NCBI GenBank assembly: GCA_002269645.1
Contig: NIVC01001131.1
Span: forward strand, 140,979-204,978
Direction of reading: 5' to 3'
DNA: 64,000 nt
Source of the DNA: Macrostomum lignano
Taxonomy: Eukaryota
Shown here: piece after piece, positions 1 to 12,590 of the stretch
Numbering within the stretch: position 1 is the stretch's first letter
How the letters are laid out: every line of letters starts with the position of its first letter
Notes under the pieces: model-generated
The model's input: the letters and a program-made list of their open reading frames with translations, nothing else
Told to the model about the DNA's origin: nothing
Databases searched by the model: none
Made by a program: the position numbers and the translations under genes

Positions 1-3000
1 AACACTCAGGATTCATTGGTTAGGGTTAGGGTTAGAGCTGCACACAGCTGCGTGCTGAAAAGCGCCGATAAAAAGATTTAATTGATTGATCAATTGATTG
101 CGCAATGTATTTCTCAGTCAGTCAGTCAGTATCAGTCTCAGTTAAAGTTAACAAAAAGATTGCGCAATCAAAATCAACCCTCCAGTACACAGTGACCGCC
201 CCCCCCACTAAAGCACACTGAGCAATTAGAAATTCAACCCTCGAACTTTATCTATTATGTCTCGCAAAAATGAGCACAATCTTTAAAAAAAGTTAAAAGT
301 ATGAAAATAGTCTTTCGAATGCTGCGCCTTTTCTTTTCACATTTAAAGCAAACAAATTATATTCCCTAACTCAGCGTTGCAAGATCTTTCCAGCAATATA
401 AGTGTCTTCCTTTAAAGTTTAAAACTCGAGGAACAGTTAACGTTTAAATTTTTCTGATTTAGAGCATTGAATTTTTAAGAGTACATTCACTGCCTGCTAC
501 AGTGGGAGGCTCGCACGTTTATTCATTGAATTTCACTGCCGCCTCAACACCCCTAACACGGGGGGGGTTCTATTTGCTCCATTGCTCAGTGCACACAGCG
601 CAATCGCTAAAAAACAGTGCACACAGTTGTGGCGCAATCACTAAAAAAAATTGTCAACCGGCCCGGCTACACCCCCTCAGTTAAAAGAATACACTACACA
701 AATAGGCCAGCTGTTGTGGCGTAATCATTAAGAGTTGCGCAAGGTGATCGTAATCCCTATTGTTATACTATTTCTGCTTTTTTAGGGATCTTAAAATATG
801 AAAATGCAAAATTTTAATAGCCTAAAGCTATCCTCGGACAATTTGCAGTTTTCCCATATAAGTTTCAACACTGACTTGCGAGTAGTCTGGGAGGAGTTAT
901 GCAACAAACGGACGCACAAACATCGCACCAACTTTAGTATTAGGAGAGAAGAGTGGAACTCCTCCTCTGGAGGAGAAAGGGGAAGAACTCCCATCACCGG
1001 AATTCTGAAGGGGAAGAACTCCCATCAGCTGAAATTCCATGACTTGAATCCCATCTTCCAAATCATCTCCAAATCCTCTACAATGCATTTCAATTACCGG
1101 ATATCTTGTTTTCCCTATTTGCAAAAACTCACTGGCATTGTCCAGACTCGGACTCTCATGTCTCTGCTCTCATTTCTCATATCTCATATCTTTCATATCA
1201 CCCTCTCCTTTCTTATCTTCCATCTTTCTGCCCTCCTTACTACCGTCTCTTGTCACCTCTCTTTTCTCTCCTCTCCATTCTCTCTTCTCTCCTTTCCTTT
1301 CTCGTCTCATCTTCTCCCCTCTCTTCTCAAATATCTCTCTCTCTTTTCTCACTAATCTCTTTTCTATTTGCATCTCTCATCTCTCTCCTCTCATCTGTAC
1401 TATCTTATTTATCTCTTCTCCCAGGTCTTTCAAATTTACTCTCTCCTGTCTCCTCTCTCCCCTCGTCTCTCCTCTCTCATATCTCTCCTCTACTCACTTA
1501 TCTATTCTCTCTACTCTGCTCCCCTTTTACACTTTCCTATATGCTCTCACTCTCACCCTCTCCTTTCTTATCTTATGCTCTCACTCTCACCCTCTCCTTT
1601 CTTATCTCCTGTTTTTTACACTCCTTTCTACCACCTGTCTCCTCTCGTTTCTCTCCTCTCTGCACTCTCATCTTTACCCTCTTCTTTTTCCTCACTACTT
1701 TCTTCTCTTAAATCTCTGATCTCTGATCTTTCATCTCTCTCCTCTCAACTCTCACCTCTCTCCTCTCTTTCCTCTCTTCTATTGCCTCTGTGCGCTCTTA
1801 TCCCTCTTTTCTTCTCTGTCCTGTCTCCTCTCTGCTATCTCATATCTCCTCTCTCATATCCTCTCCCTTCATCTCCTCTCTCCTCTTCTCTTCTCTCTCC
1901 TTCGTTCCCGCCTTACTCCCCTCTTCTCTCCCATCTGTCATGTCTAATCTCTCCACTCATTTCTACTCTGTTTTCTATCATCTCATCTCTCTTCTCTTTT
2001 CATTCTTCTCTTTACTCTCTTCTCTGACTGATTGAAGATGCCAAATCCATCAAGATCCTCTCCGCGCGAAGCAGAAATCCTATCCGTGCAACTGAAAACC
2101 ATCGAAATCCTCTCCGTGAAACTGGACTCCTTCGAAATCCTCTCCTTGAAACTTAAATCCATCAAAATCGTCTCCATAAAACAGAAATCAATCATAAATT
2201 ATCTCCGCGAAACAGAAATCCTCTCCGTGAAGCTGAACATCATCGAAATCCTCTCCGTGAAACTGAACACCATCGAAATCCTCTCCACGAAACAGAAATC
2301 CTCTCCGTCAAAATTAAAACATTGAAATAGTCTCTGCTAAACTGGACTCAATCGATTTTTTCCGTCAAACAACTCAACTCTCTGGATTCATTGGTTAGGT
2401 TTAGGGTTAGGGTTAGAACTACGCACAGCATAGTGTTAAAAGGCACTGATAAAAATATTGAACTAATTGAATCAATTCATTGCGCAACCGATTTCACAGT
2501 CAGTCAGTCAGTATCAGTCTCAGTTAAGGTTAAAAAAAACATTGCGCAATCTAAATCAACCTTCTAATACACAGCAGCAGTGAGAAGTTGAACCCTCCCC
2601 CCCAACTTTATCTATTACGTCTCGCAAAACTGAGTACAATCTTTGCAGAAAGTTAAAATTATGGAAATAGTTTTTCAAATGCTGTGCTTTTTCTTTGTAT
2701 ATTTAAAGCAAACAACTTATATCCCCGAACTCAGCGTTGCAAGATCTTTCCAGCAATATAAGTCTCTCCTCTCAAAGTTTAAAACTCGAGGAACAGTTAG
2801 CGTTTGTAATTTCCCAATTTCCCGACTGCTTGACTGAGAGGCTCGCAAGTTTATTCATTGAATTTCACTGCCCAGCTAATACACAGGGCCGATAATAAAA
2901 CCAAATGAATCTCGACACAGTCTATTTACACTGTACAACTGCTATGTACACTCAGCCCAAGCCCAACCCCCGTTCTGGGGGAAGCATTAACTTTAACTCA

Positions 3001-3306
3001 ACCCCCCAACACGCGGGGGGTTTTATTTGAATTGAACCCAGAACACGCGCACCCACCACCCCTCAATACACAGCGGCCCGCGGGCGGAGGTTGGGGTGGC
3101 TATTTTTACAAACTGGCTGCAGCCCCAGTCAGAGTGACAAAAGAAGGTTATTGGGGGTCAAAAAATCAGTTTTCTGCTTTTTTGAGGATGTTAGAAATTA
3201 AAATTTCAGAATTAAAATAGCCTATAGCCGACCTCCGATAATTTCCAATCTTCCCATATAAGTTTCAACGCTGAGTTGCCACTATTCAAGGAGGAGTTGT
3301 CGAAAT

Positions 3307-3348
<42 letters not shown>

Positions 3349-6300
3349 GACAGACAAACAACACGTCAACTTTAGTATATATAGATAGACGAGTGGAACT
3401 CCTCCTCTGGAGGAGAACGGGGAAGAACTCTCATCACCGGAATTCTGAAGGGGAAGAACTCCCATCAGCTGAAATTCCATGACTTGAATCCCATCTTCCA
3501 AATAATCTCCAAATCCTCTACAATGCATTTCAATTACCGGATATCTTGTTTTCCCTAGTTGCAAAAACTCACTGGCATTGTCCAGACTCGGACTCTCATG
3601 TCTCTGCTCTCATTTCTCATATCTCATATCTTTCATATCACCCTCTCCTTTCTTATCTTCCATCTTTCTGCCCTCCTTACTACCGTCTCTTGTCACCTCT
3701 CTTTTCTCTCCTCGCCATTCTCTCTTCTCTCCTTTCCTTTTTCCTCTCATCTTCTCCCCTCTCTTCTCAAATCTCTCTCTCTCTCTTTTCTCACTTATCT
3801 CTTTTCTATTTGCATCTCTCATCTCTCATCTCTCTCCTCTCATCTGTACTATCTTATTTATCTCTTCTCCCAGGTCTTTCAAATTTACTCTCTCCTGTCT
3901 CCTTTCTCCCCTCGTCTCTCCTCTCTCATATCTCTTCTCTACTCACTTATCTATTCTCTCTACTCTGCTCCCCTTTTACACTTTCCTATATGCTCTTACT
4001 CTCACCCTCTCCTTTCTTATCTCCTGTTTTTTACACTCCTTTCTACCACCTGTCTCCTCTCGTTTCTCTCCTCTCTGCACTCTCATCTTTACCCTCTTCT
4101 TTCTCCTCACTACTTTCTTCTCTTAAATCTCTGATCTCTGATCTTTCATCTCTCTCCTCTCAACTCTCACCTCTCTCCTCTCTTTCCTCTCTTCTATTGC
4201 CTATGTGCGCTCTTATCCCTCTTTTCTTCTCTGTCCTGTCTCCTCTCTGCTATCTCATATCTCCTCTCTCATATCCTCTCCCTTCATCTCCTCTCTCCTC
4301 TTCTCTTCTCTCTCCTTTGTTCCCGCCTTACTCCCCTCTTCTCTCCCATCTGTCATGTCTAATCTCTCCACTCATTTCTACTCTGTTTTCTATCATCTCA
4401 TCTCTCTTCTCTTTTCATTCTTCTCTTTACTCTCTTCTCTGACTGATTGAAGATGCCAAATCCATCAAGATCCTCTCCGCGAAGCAGAAATCCTGTCCGT
4501 GCAACTGAAAACCATCGAAATCCTCTCCGTGAAACTGGACTCCTTCGAAATCCTCTCCTTGAAACTTAAATTCATCAAAATCGTCTCCATAAAACAGAAA
4601 TCAATCATAAATTATCTCCACGAAACAGAAATCCTCTCCGTGAAGCTGAACACCATCGAAATCCTCTCCACGAAACAGAAATCCTCTCCGTCAAAATTAA
4701 AACATTGAAATCGTCTCCGCTAAACTGGACTCAATCAATTTTTTTCCGTCAAACAACTCAACTCTCCGGATTCATTGGTTAGGGTTAGGGTTAGGGTTAG
4801 AACTACGCACAGCTTCGTGTTAAAAGGCAATGATAAAAATATTGAACTAATTGAATCAATTCACTGCGCAACCGATTTCACAGTCAGTCAGTATCAGTCT
4901 CAGTTAAAGTTAACAAAAGCATTGCGCAATCTAATCAACCCTCCAATACACAGCAGCAGTGAGAAGTTGAACCCTCCCCCCAACTTTATCTATTCGTCTC
5001 GCAAAACTGAGTACAATTTTTGCAAAGTTAAAAGTATGCAAATAGTTTTTTAAATGCTGTGCTTTTTCTTTTCATATTTAAAGCAAACAACTTATATCCC
5101 CGAACTCAGCGTTGCAAGATCTTTCCAGCAATATAAGTTTCTCCTCTCAAAGTTTAAAACTCGAGGAACAGTTAGCGTTTGAAATATCCCAATTTAAAGC
5201 ATTGAACTATCGAGTGTACGCATACGTGCACTGCCTGCTAAAAAGGCTTGCAAGTTTATTCATTGAATTCCACTGCCGCCCCAGCACCCTCAACACAGGG
5301 GGGGTTTGGTTAAGTTCTCAGTGCACACAGTTGTGGCGCAATCGCTAAAAATTGATGTCAACCGGCCCAGCTTACCCCCTTCAGTTGAAAGAATACACGG
5401 CACAGATATGCCGGCTGTTGTGGCGCAATAATTGTAAATTACGCAAGATGTTCATATTCCCCTATTGTTTTACTACTTCTGCTTTTTTAGTGATCTTAAG
5501 ACGTGAAAATAAAAAAATTGAAATAGCTTACTGCCATCCTCGGAAAATTTGCAGTTTTCCCAAATAAGTTTCAACGCTGACTTGCAAGTCGTCTAGGAGG
5601 AGATATGTATCACACAAACAGACAAACAACGCACCAACTTTAGTATTAACGAGGCCAACTCCTCCTCTGGAGGAGAAAGGGGAAGAACTCCCATCACCGG
5701 AATTCCATTCCCTGATCTCCATCAGCTGAATCCCATCATCTAACTGTTCTCCAAATCCATTAAAATCCTCTCCGTGAAACTGAACACCATCGAAATCCTC
5801 TCCGCGAAACAGAAATCCTCTCCGCGAAACTGGACCCAATCGAAATTTTCTCCGTCAAACAGAACTCAACTCTCAGGATTCATTAGTTAGGGTTAGGGTT
5901 AGAGCTGCACAGAGCTGCGGGTTGAAAGGCGCCGATAAAAATATGAATTAATTGAATCAATTTATTGCGCAACCGTTTTCTCATTCAGTCAGTATCAGGC
6001 TCAGGTAAAGTTAACGAAATGATTGCGCAATCTAAATCAACCCTCCAATACACAGCGACTGACCCCCTTCCGCAGTGGCAATTAAAAGTTGAACCGCCCC
6101 CCCCCTCCTACCAACTGTTGGGGGGTTGGTCGAACCCCCATTGAACCCCAAAATGAGTACAATATTTCCAGAAAGTAAAAGGTATGGAAGTTGTTTTCGA
6201 TCGCTGTGTTTTTTCTTTTCGCATTTAAAACAAACAACTTATATCCCCGAACTCAGTGTTGCGAGATCTTTCCAGCAATATAAGTTGAGTTTAGAACTCG

Positions 6301-9300
6301 AAGAACAGTTTGCGTTTGAAATGTCCCGATTTAAAGCATTGAAGTATCGAGTGTACGTTCACCTGCCTGCTAAAAAGGCTCGCAAGTTGATGCATTGAAT
6401 TTCAGTGTGCAAAAAATACACCGGGCTGCCTAATTGAAAATCAGAGCACATATCGTTGCGCGATTGTCTATACAGTCAGCCCGTGCGCCAAGGTCCAAGT
6501 GTACACACGCCGCCACTGAGAACGCAAGCACCCCCCACTGGAGAGAAAATACACTGCAGAGATAGGAGAAAGTTATGGCGCAATCGCTCAAAATTCATGC
6601 AAGTTTTCAGCTCCAAGCAGAAAGAGGGGACAAATAAGATTATCAAAGGTCAATATTGCAGTTTTTTGCTTTTTTCGGGATCTTAAAATGCAAAAATAAA
6701 AAATTGAAATAGCCCACTGCCATCCTCGGAAAATTTGCAGTTTTCCCATATAAGTTTCGACGCTGACTTGCAAGTCGTCTAGGAGGAGATATGTATCACA
6801 CAGACAAACAACGCACCACTTTTAGTATTTACGAGGCCAACTCCTCCTTCGGAGAAGAAAGGGGAAGAACTCCAATCAGCGGAATTCCATTCCCTGAACT
6901 CCATCAGCGGAATCCCATTTTCCAACACCTCTCCGCGCAACAGAAATCGTCTCCGTGAAACTGAACACTATCGAAATCCTCTCCGTGAAACTGGACTAAA
7001 TCGAAATTTCTCCGTCAAACAGCCCAGCTCTCAGAATTCATTGGTTAGGGTTAGGGTTAGGGTTAGAGCTACACACAGCTGCGTGTTGAAAGGCGCCGTA
7101 AAAACATTGAACCAATTAAATTGCGCAACTTATTTCTCAGGCAGTCACTATCAGCGTCGGTTAAAGTTAACAAAAAGATTGCGCAATCTAAATCAGCCCT
7201 CCAATACACAGCAACCGACCCCCTTCCAATACGCAGTGCAGCTAGAAATTGAACCCCCCTACCAACTATTGGGGGGGGGGGGTCGGTCGAACCCCCATTG
7301 AACTCCAAAATGAGCAAAATCTTTGCAGAAAGCTAAAAGTATGAAAATCTTTTCTTGAATGCTGTGAATTTAATTTTCATATTTAAAGCAAAAAACTTAT
7401 ATCCCCGAACTCATTGCAGCAAGATCTTTCCAGCAATATAAGTCTCTCCTCTCTAAGTTCAAAACTCGAGCAACAGTTAGTGTTTGAAACTTTCTGATTT
7501 TAAGCATTGAAATATCGAGTGTACGTTCACTGCCTGCTAAAGATGCTCGCAAGTTTATGCATTAAAATGCACTGAATTTCACTGTGCAAAAAATACACAG
7601 GGCTTCCTGTTAAAAAACAGAACACAAATAGTTGCGCAATTGTCTATAAAGTCAGCCAGTGAGCCAGGGTCCAATTGTACACACGCCGCCAATGAGAACG
7701 CGCCCATTCCCCCACAGGAGAGAAAATGCACTGGCGACATAGGAAAAAGTTGTGGCGTAATCACTCAAAATTTATGCCAATTTTCAGCTCCGAGCAGAAA
7801 GAGGGGACAATTAAGATTATCAAAGGTCAGAATTGCTGCTTTCTGCTTTTTTAGGGATCTTAAAATTTAAAAATGAAAGATTAAAATAGCCTAAAGCCAT
7901 CGTCGGAAAATTTGCAGTTTTCCCATATAAGTTTCAACGCTGAGTTGCAAGTATTCTAGGAGGAGTTATCGAACTGACATACATACAGACAAACAACGCA
8001 CCACTTTTAGTATTAAGACGAGTGGAACTCCTCCTTCGGAGGAGAAAGGGGAAGAACTCCCATCACCGGAATTCCATTCCCTGAATTATCCATCAACTGA
8101 AATTCCATGTCTTGAACCCAATCTTCCAAATAGTCTCCAAATTCTTTACAAAACCTTTCAAAGACCATAGCTTAAAGACTCTTACGTCTCTCATATCTAC
8201 TCTCTCCTCTCTTCGCTATTATCGTGACTCGCTTCTCTCTCCTCTCTCTCATCTCATCTCTACCCCTACTCTCTTATTTATCTCTACTCCCTTATTTATC
8301 TCTACTCCCTTATTTATCCCTTATTTATTCTCCCTCTCCTGTCTACTCTCCTATCTTCTATCTTATCTCTCCCCTTTTCTCTCCTCTCTCATATCTCATC
8401 TCTAATCACTTATCTATCGTCTCCGCTCTACTTTCCCTCATCCCTTTTCTCTCTTCTCTCTGCTCTCATTTCTCGTATCTCTTATACGCTCTCAACCTCT
8501 CCTTTCTTATCTCCCATTTTTCTTCCCTCCTTTCTACTGCATCACCTGTCTCCTCTCCTCTCTTTTTTCTCCTCTCCATTCTCTCTTCTCTCCTCTCATC
8601 TCCCCTCATCTCTTATCTAATCTCTAATCTCTTCTCCCTCATATCTCTTCTCTACTCACTTATCTATTCTCTCTCTTTGCTCCCCTTTTACACTTTCCTA
8701 TATGCTCTCACACTCACCCTCTCCTTTCTTATCTCCTGTTTTTTACACTCCTTTCTACTACCTGTCTCCTCTCGTTTCTCTCCTCTCTGCACTCTCATCT
8801 TTACCCTCTTCTTTCTCCTCACTACTTTCTTCTCTTAAATCTCTGATCTCTGATCTTTCATCTCTCTTCTCTCACCTCTCTCCTCTCTTGCCTCTCTTCT
8901 ATTGCCTCTGTACGCTCTTATCCCTCCTTTCTTTTCTCTCCTGTCTCCTCTCTGCTATCTCATATCTCCTCTCTCATATCCTCTCCCTTCATCTCCTCTC
9001 TCCTCTTCTCTTCTCTCTCCTTTGTTCCCGCCTTACTCCCCTCTTCTCTCCCATCTGTCATGTCTAATCTCTCCACTCATTTCTACTCTGTTTACTATCA
9101 TCTCATCTCTCTCCTCTCTCCTCTCTCTCTTCTCCTTTCGCTTCTCTCTCCTCTCTCTCCTCTCATCTCTACTACCTTGTTTATATCTTCTCCCTGGTCT
9201 TTTGTCTCTACTCTCTCTCTTGTCTCCTTTCTCCCCTCTTTTCTCCTCTCTTCTCTCTCCTCTCTCCCCTCCTCTCTCATCTCTCATCTCCTCATCTCAC

Positions 9301-11600
9301 TCTTTCTTTCTCCTCTACTCTCCCCTCTCTTCTATTACCTCTGTACGCTCTTATCCCTCATCTATTCTCTCTCCTATCATCTCTCTTGTCTCTCTCTGCT
9401 ATCTCATATCTCCCATCTCATCTCCTCTCTCCTCTTCTCTTCTCTCTCCTCCGTTCCCGCCTTACTCCCCTTTTCCCTCCCATCTGTCATGTCTAATCTC
9501 TCCACTCATTTCTACTCTGTTTTCTATCATCTCATCTCTCTTCTCTTTTCAGTCTTCTCTTTACTCTCTTCTCTGACTGATTGAAGATGCAAAATCCATC
9601 AAGATCCTCTCCGCGAAGCAAAAATCCTGTCTGTGCAACTAAAAACCATCGAAATCCTCTCCGTGAAACTGGACTCCTTCGAAATCCTTTCCTTAAAACC
9701 TGAATCCATCAAAATTGTTTCCATAAAACAGAAATCAATCATAAATTATCTCAGCGAAACAGAAAGCCTCTCCGTGAAGCTGAACATGATCGAAATCCTC
9801 TCCGTGAAACTGAACACCATGGAAATCCTTTCGTGAAACTGAACATCATCGAAATCCTCTCCACGAAACAGAAATCTTCTCCGTCAGAATTTAAACATTG
9901 AAATCGTCTCCGCTAAACTTGACTTAATCGAATTGTTTCCGTCAAACAACTCAACTCGCCAGATTCATTAGGGTTAGGGTTAGGGTTACGGTTAGGGTTA
10001 GAACTACGCACAGCTTTGTGTTAAAAGGCACAGATAAAAATATTGAACTAATTGAATCAATTCATTGCGCAACCGATTTCTCAGTAAGTCAGTATCAGCC
10101 TCAGGTAAAGTTAACAAAAACATTGCGCAATCTAAATCAACACTCCAATACACAGCAGCAGTGAGAAGTTGAACCCTCCCCCCAGCTTTATCTATTACGT
10201 CTCGCAAAACTGAGTACAATCTTTGCAGCAAGTTAAAAGTATGGAAATAGTTTTTTCAAATTCTGTGCTTTTTCTTTTCATATTTAAAGCAAACAACTTA
10301 TATCCCCGAACTCAGCGTTGCAAGATCTTTCCAGCAATATAAGTTTCTCCTCTCAAAGTTTAAAACTCGAGGAACAGTTAGCGTTTGAAACTGTCTGATT
10401 TATAGCATTGAAGTATGGAGTGTACGTTCACTGCCTGCTTGCAAGTTGATGCATTGAATTTCAATGTCCAACAAATACACAGGGCTGCCCATTGAGAGGC
10501 AGGAAAACTTATCAGTAGCCATATCATTGCGCAATTATCTATACAGTCAGCCAGTGAGCCAGGGTCCAAGTGTACACACGCAGCCACTGAGAACGCTCCC
10601 ACCCCCCACTGGAAAGAAAATACACTACAGAGATAGGGAAAAGTTGTGGCGCAATCACTTGAAATTCATGCAAATTTTCAGCTCCAAGCAGAAAGAGGGG
10701 ACAATTAAGATTATCAAAGGTCAAGACCGCCGTTTTCTGCTTTTTTGAGGATCTTAGAAATTAAAATTTCAGAATTAAAATAGCCTATAGCCGACCTCGG
10801 ATAATTTCCAATCTTCCCATATAAGTTTCAACGCTGAGTTGCCACTATTCAAGGAGGAGTTGTCGAAATGACAGACACACAGACAGACATACAGACAAAC
10901 AACACGTCAACTTTAGTATAGAGACGAGTGGAACTCCTCCTTCGGAGGAGAAAGGGGAAGAACTCCCATCACCGGAATTCCATTCCTTGAAATCCATCAG
11001 CTGCATCCCATGACCCGAATCCCATCTTCCAAATTCTTTAAAAACATTTCAAAGACCATAGCTCAAAGACTCTCACGTCTCTCATATCTCCTCTCTTCTG
11101 TCTTTTCTATCCTTTCTATTCTTTCTTCTCTCCTCTCATTTTCTACCTTCTCTAATCTCTCATCTTTTCTCTCCTATTTTCTCACTCTCTTTTCTCATCG
11201 CATCTCTCATCTCTCCTCTCTGCACTATTATCTTTACCCTCTTCTTTCTCCTTACTGCTTATTTCTCATAACTCTCACATCTTTTCTGATCTTTTTTCTC
11301 TCTCCCTTCTCCTCTCTCTTCTCTCTCCTCTTTCTCTTCTCATCTCTACTCCCTTTATCTATCTCTTCTCCCTCGTCTTTCGTCTCTACTTTCTCCGCTC
11401 TCCTCTCCTCTCTCCTCTCTCCCTTCTCCTCTCATCTCTACTACCTTATTTATCTCTTCTCCCTGATTCCCTGGTAATTCGTCTCTACTCTTTCCTGTAT
11501 CTCCCCCCTCTTTTCTCATATCTTCTCTCTCCTCTCTCAACTCTCATCCCTCATCTCACTCTACTTTCACCTCTACTCTCTCCTATCTTTTATTTCCTTC
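1..11600. repeat. Tandem array of six composite 1.1-2.9 kb repeat units (heads near 1, 2375, 4755, 5865, 7025, 9950)
   Basis: Each unit repeats the same ordered blocks: ggattcattg-(TTAGGG)n-ttag head; block with cttatatccccgaactcagcgttgcaagatctttccagcaatataag; block ending acagacaaacaac..ctttagtat; hairpin ctcctcc-N3-ggaggag; optional CT-rich tract; ~30-bp atcgaaatcctctccgtgaaactgaacacc repeats. Confidence 0.9.
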
Positions 11601-12169
11601 CTATTGACTTTGACAATAAATTATCTCTTGTAGACATTCTGATCAATGCTTGGCAATTGGTTGCTTTGATGATTTCTTTGCATTAACTGGTTTTTCGTAC
11701 TCCATATTGCTTTCCCTGTGGAGCTTTGCAATATCCTCTTAAATCCTTGCACTCCTGTCACTCCCTCAGCATTTGAAATATCCCCTCAGAACTCTGCACC
11801 CCTGTCACGATCCCTCACCATTTGAATATCTCCAACGAAGATATTCTCATTCGCTAAGTAATTTCGTTTAAATGATTTAGGCAAGTTGGAAACGAAAGTT
11901 ATTAATTGAATTTTTTAGAAAAAGGCCTCAACACGTGTAAATTTCAAGATTTCCTTCCCTTCTGGGCCTCATTTTACGAAGCCACATGCGTTCAGTTATG
12001 ACTTAAAAGGCGTTTTAAGGCGTTTTGCATTGTGTAGAAGCAGGTTTAAAGTTAAAGTTTAGCAATTGATTTGAGATTTAGTATATAGTGATGATATAAG
12101 CTGTAATAATCATACATTGATGGAAATTTGTGAAGAAATTTGAGATAGATAGATAGAGAGATAAAGCCT

Positions 12170-12280
12170 GCTCCGGAAAATTTGCAGTTTTCCCATATAA
12201 GTTTCGACGCTGACTTGGCAGAATTGTAGGAGTTCACTTACAACATACAGACAAACAACACGTGAGTTTTAGTATTAAGA
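12170..12280. repeat. Orphan fragment of the array unit's terminal block
   Basis: gaaaatttgcagttttcccatataagtttcgacgctgactt...acagacaaacaacacgtgagtttttagtattaag matches the same block in the array units. Confidence 0.75.
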
Positions 12281-12590
12281 GAGAAGAGAAGAGGATTTTA
12301 AGATTGTTTAACATGTAGATCTAGCGGAAAAGTAGCTGTTTTCTCATTCATTATAGTTAATTGAATTAAATAATCTTACTTCATAGCTACGAGCGTAACA
12401 TCGGAAGTGATTTATAGGCGCTGACTACTTGAGATGGTAGTTTTTTAAGAAACTAGAAGTACAAGCCATTAAAATAGAGCAGGCAATACATCCACTCATA
12501 CATAATTAGAGATAACTGTGCACACAGTCCACATTGACCCACGTACATTGGCATATTCATTGTGCTACAACCAACTAAACCCATTGCAAG

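Noticed and set aside
18-9991. TTAGGG tracts as a true chromosome end or a telomerase-healed break
   Set aside because: Only 2-5 hexamers, always embedded in the same flanks inside a repeat unit.
940-10980. Recurring hairpin or 30-bp repeats as a CRISPR array
   Set aside because: Eukaryotic context, spacing of 1-3 kb, intervening DNA homologous rather than unique, and no cas genes.
791-11540. Many long S/L/F-rich and R/E-rich ORFs, and IEILSVKLNT repeat ORFs
   Set aside because: Artefacts of CT-rich low-complexity DNA and 30-bp repeats; open in several frames at once with no domain signal.
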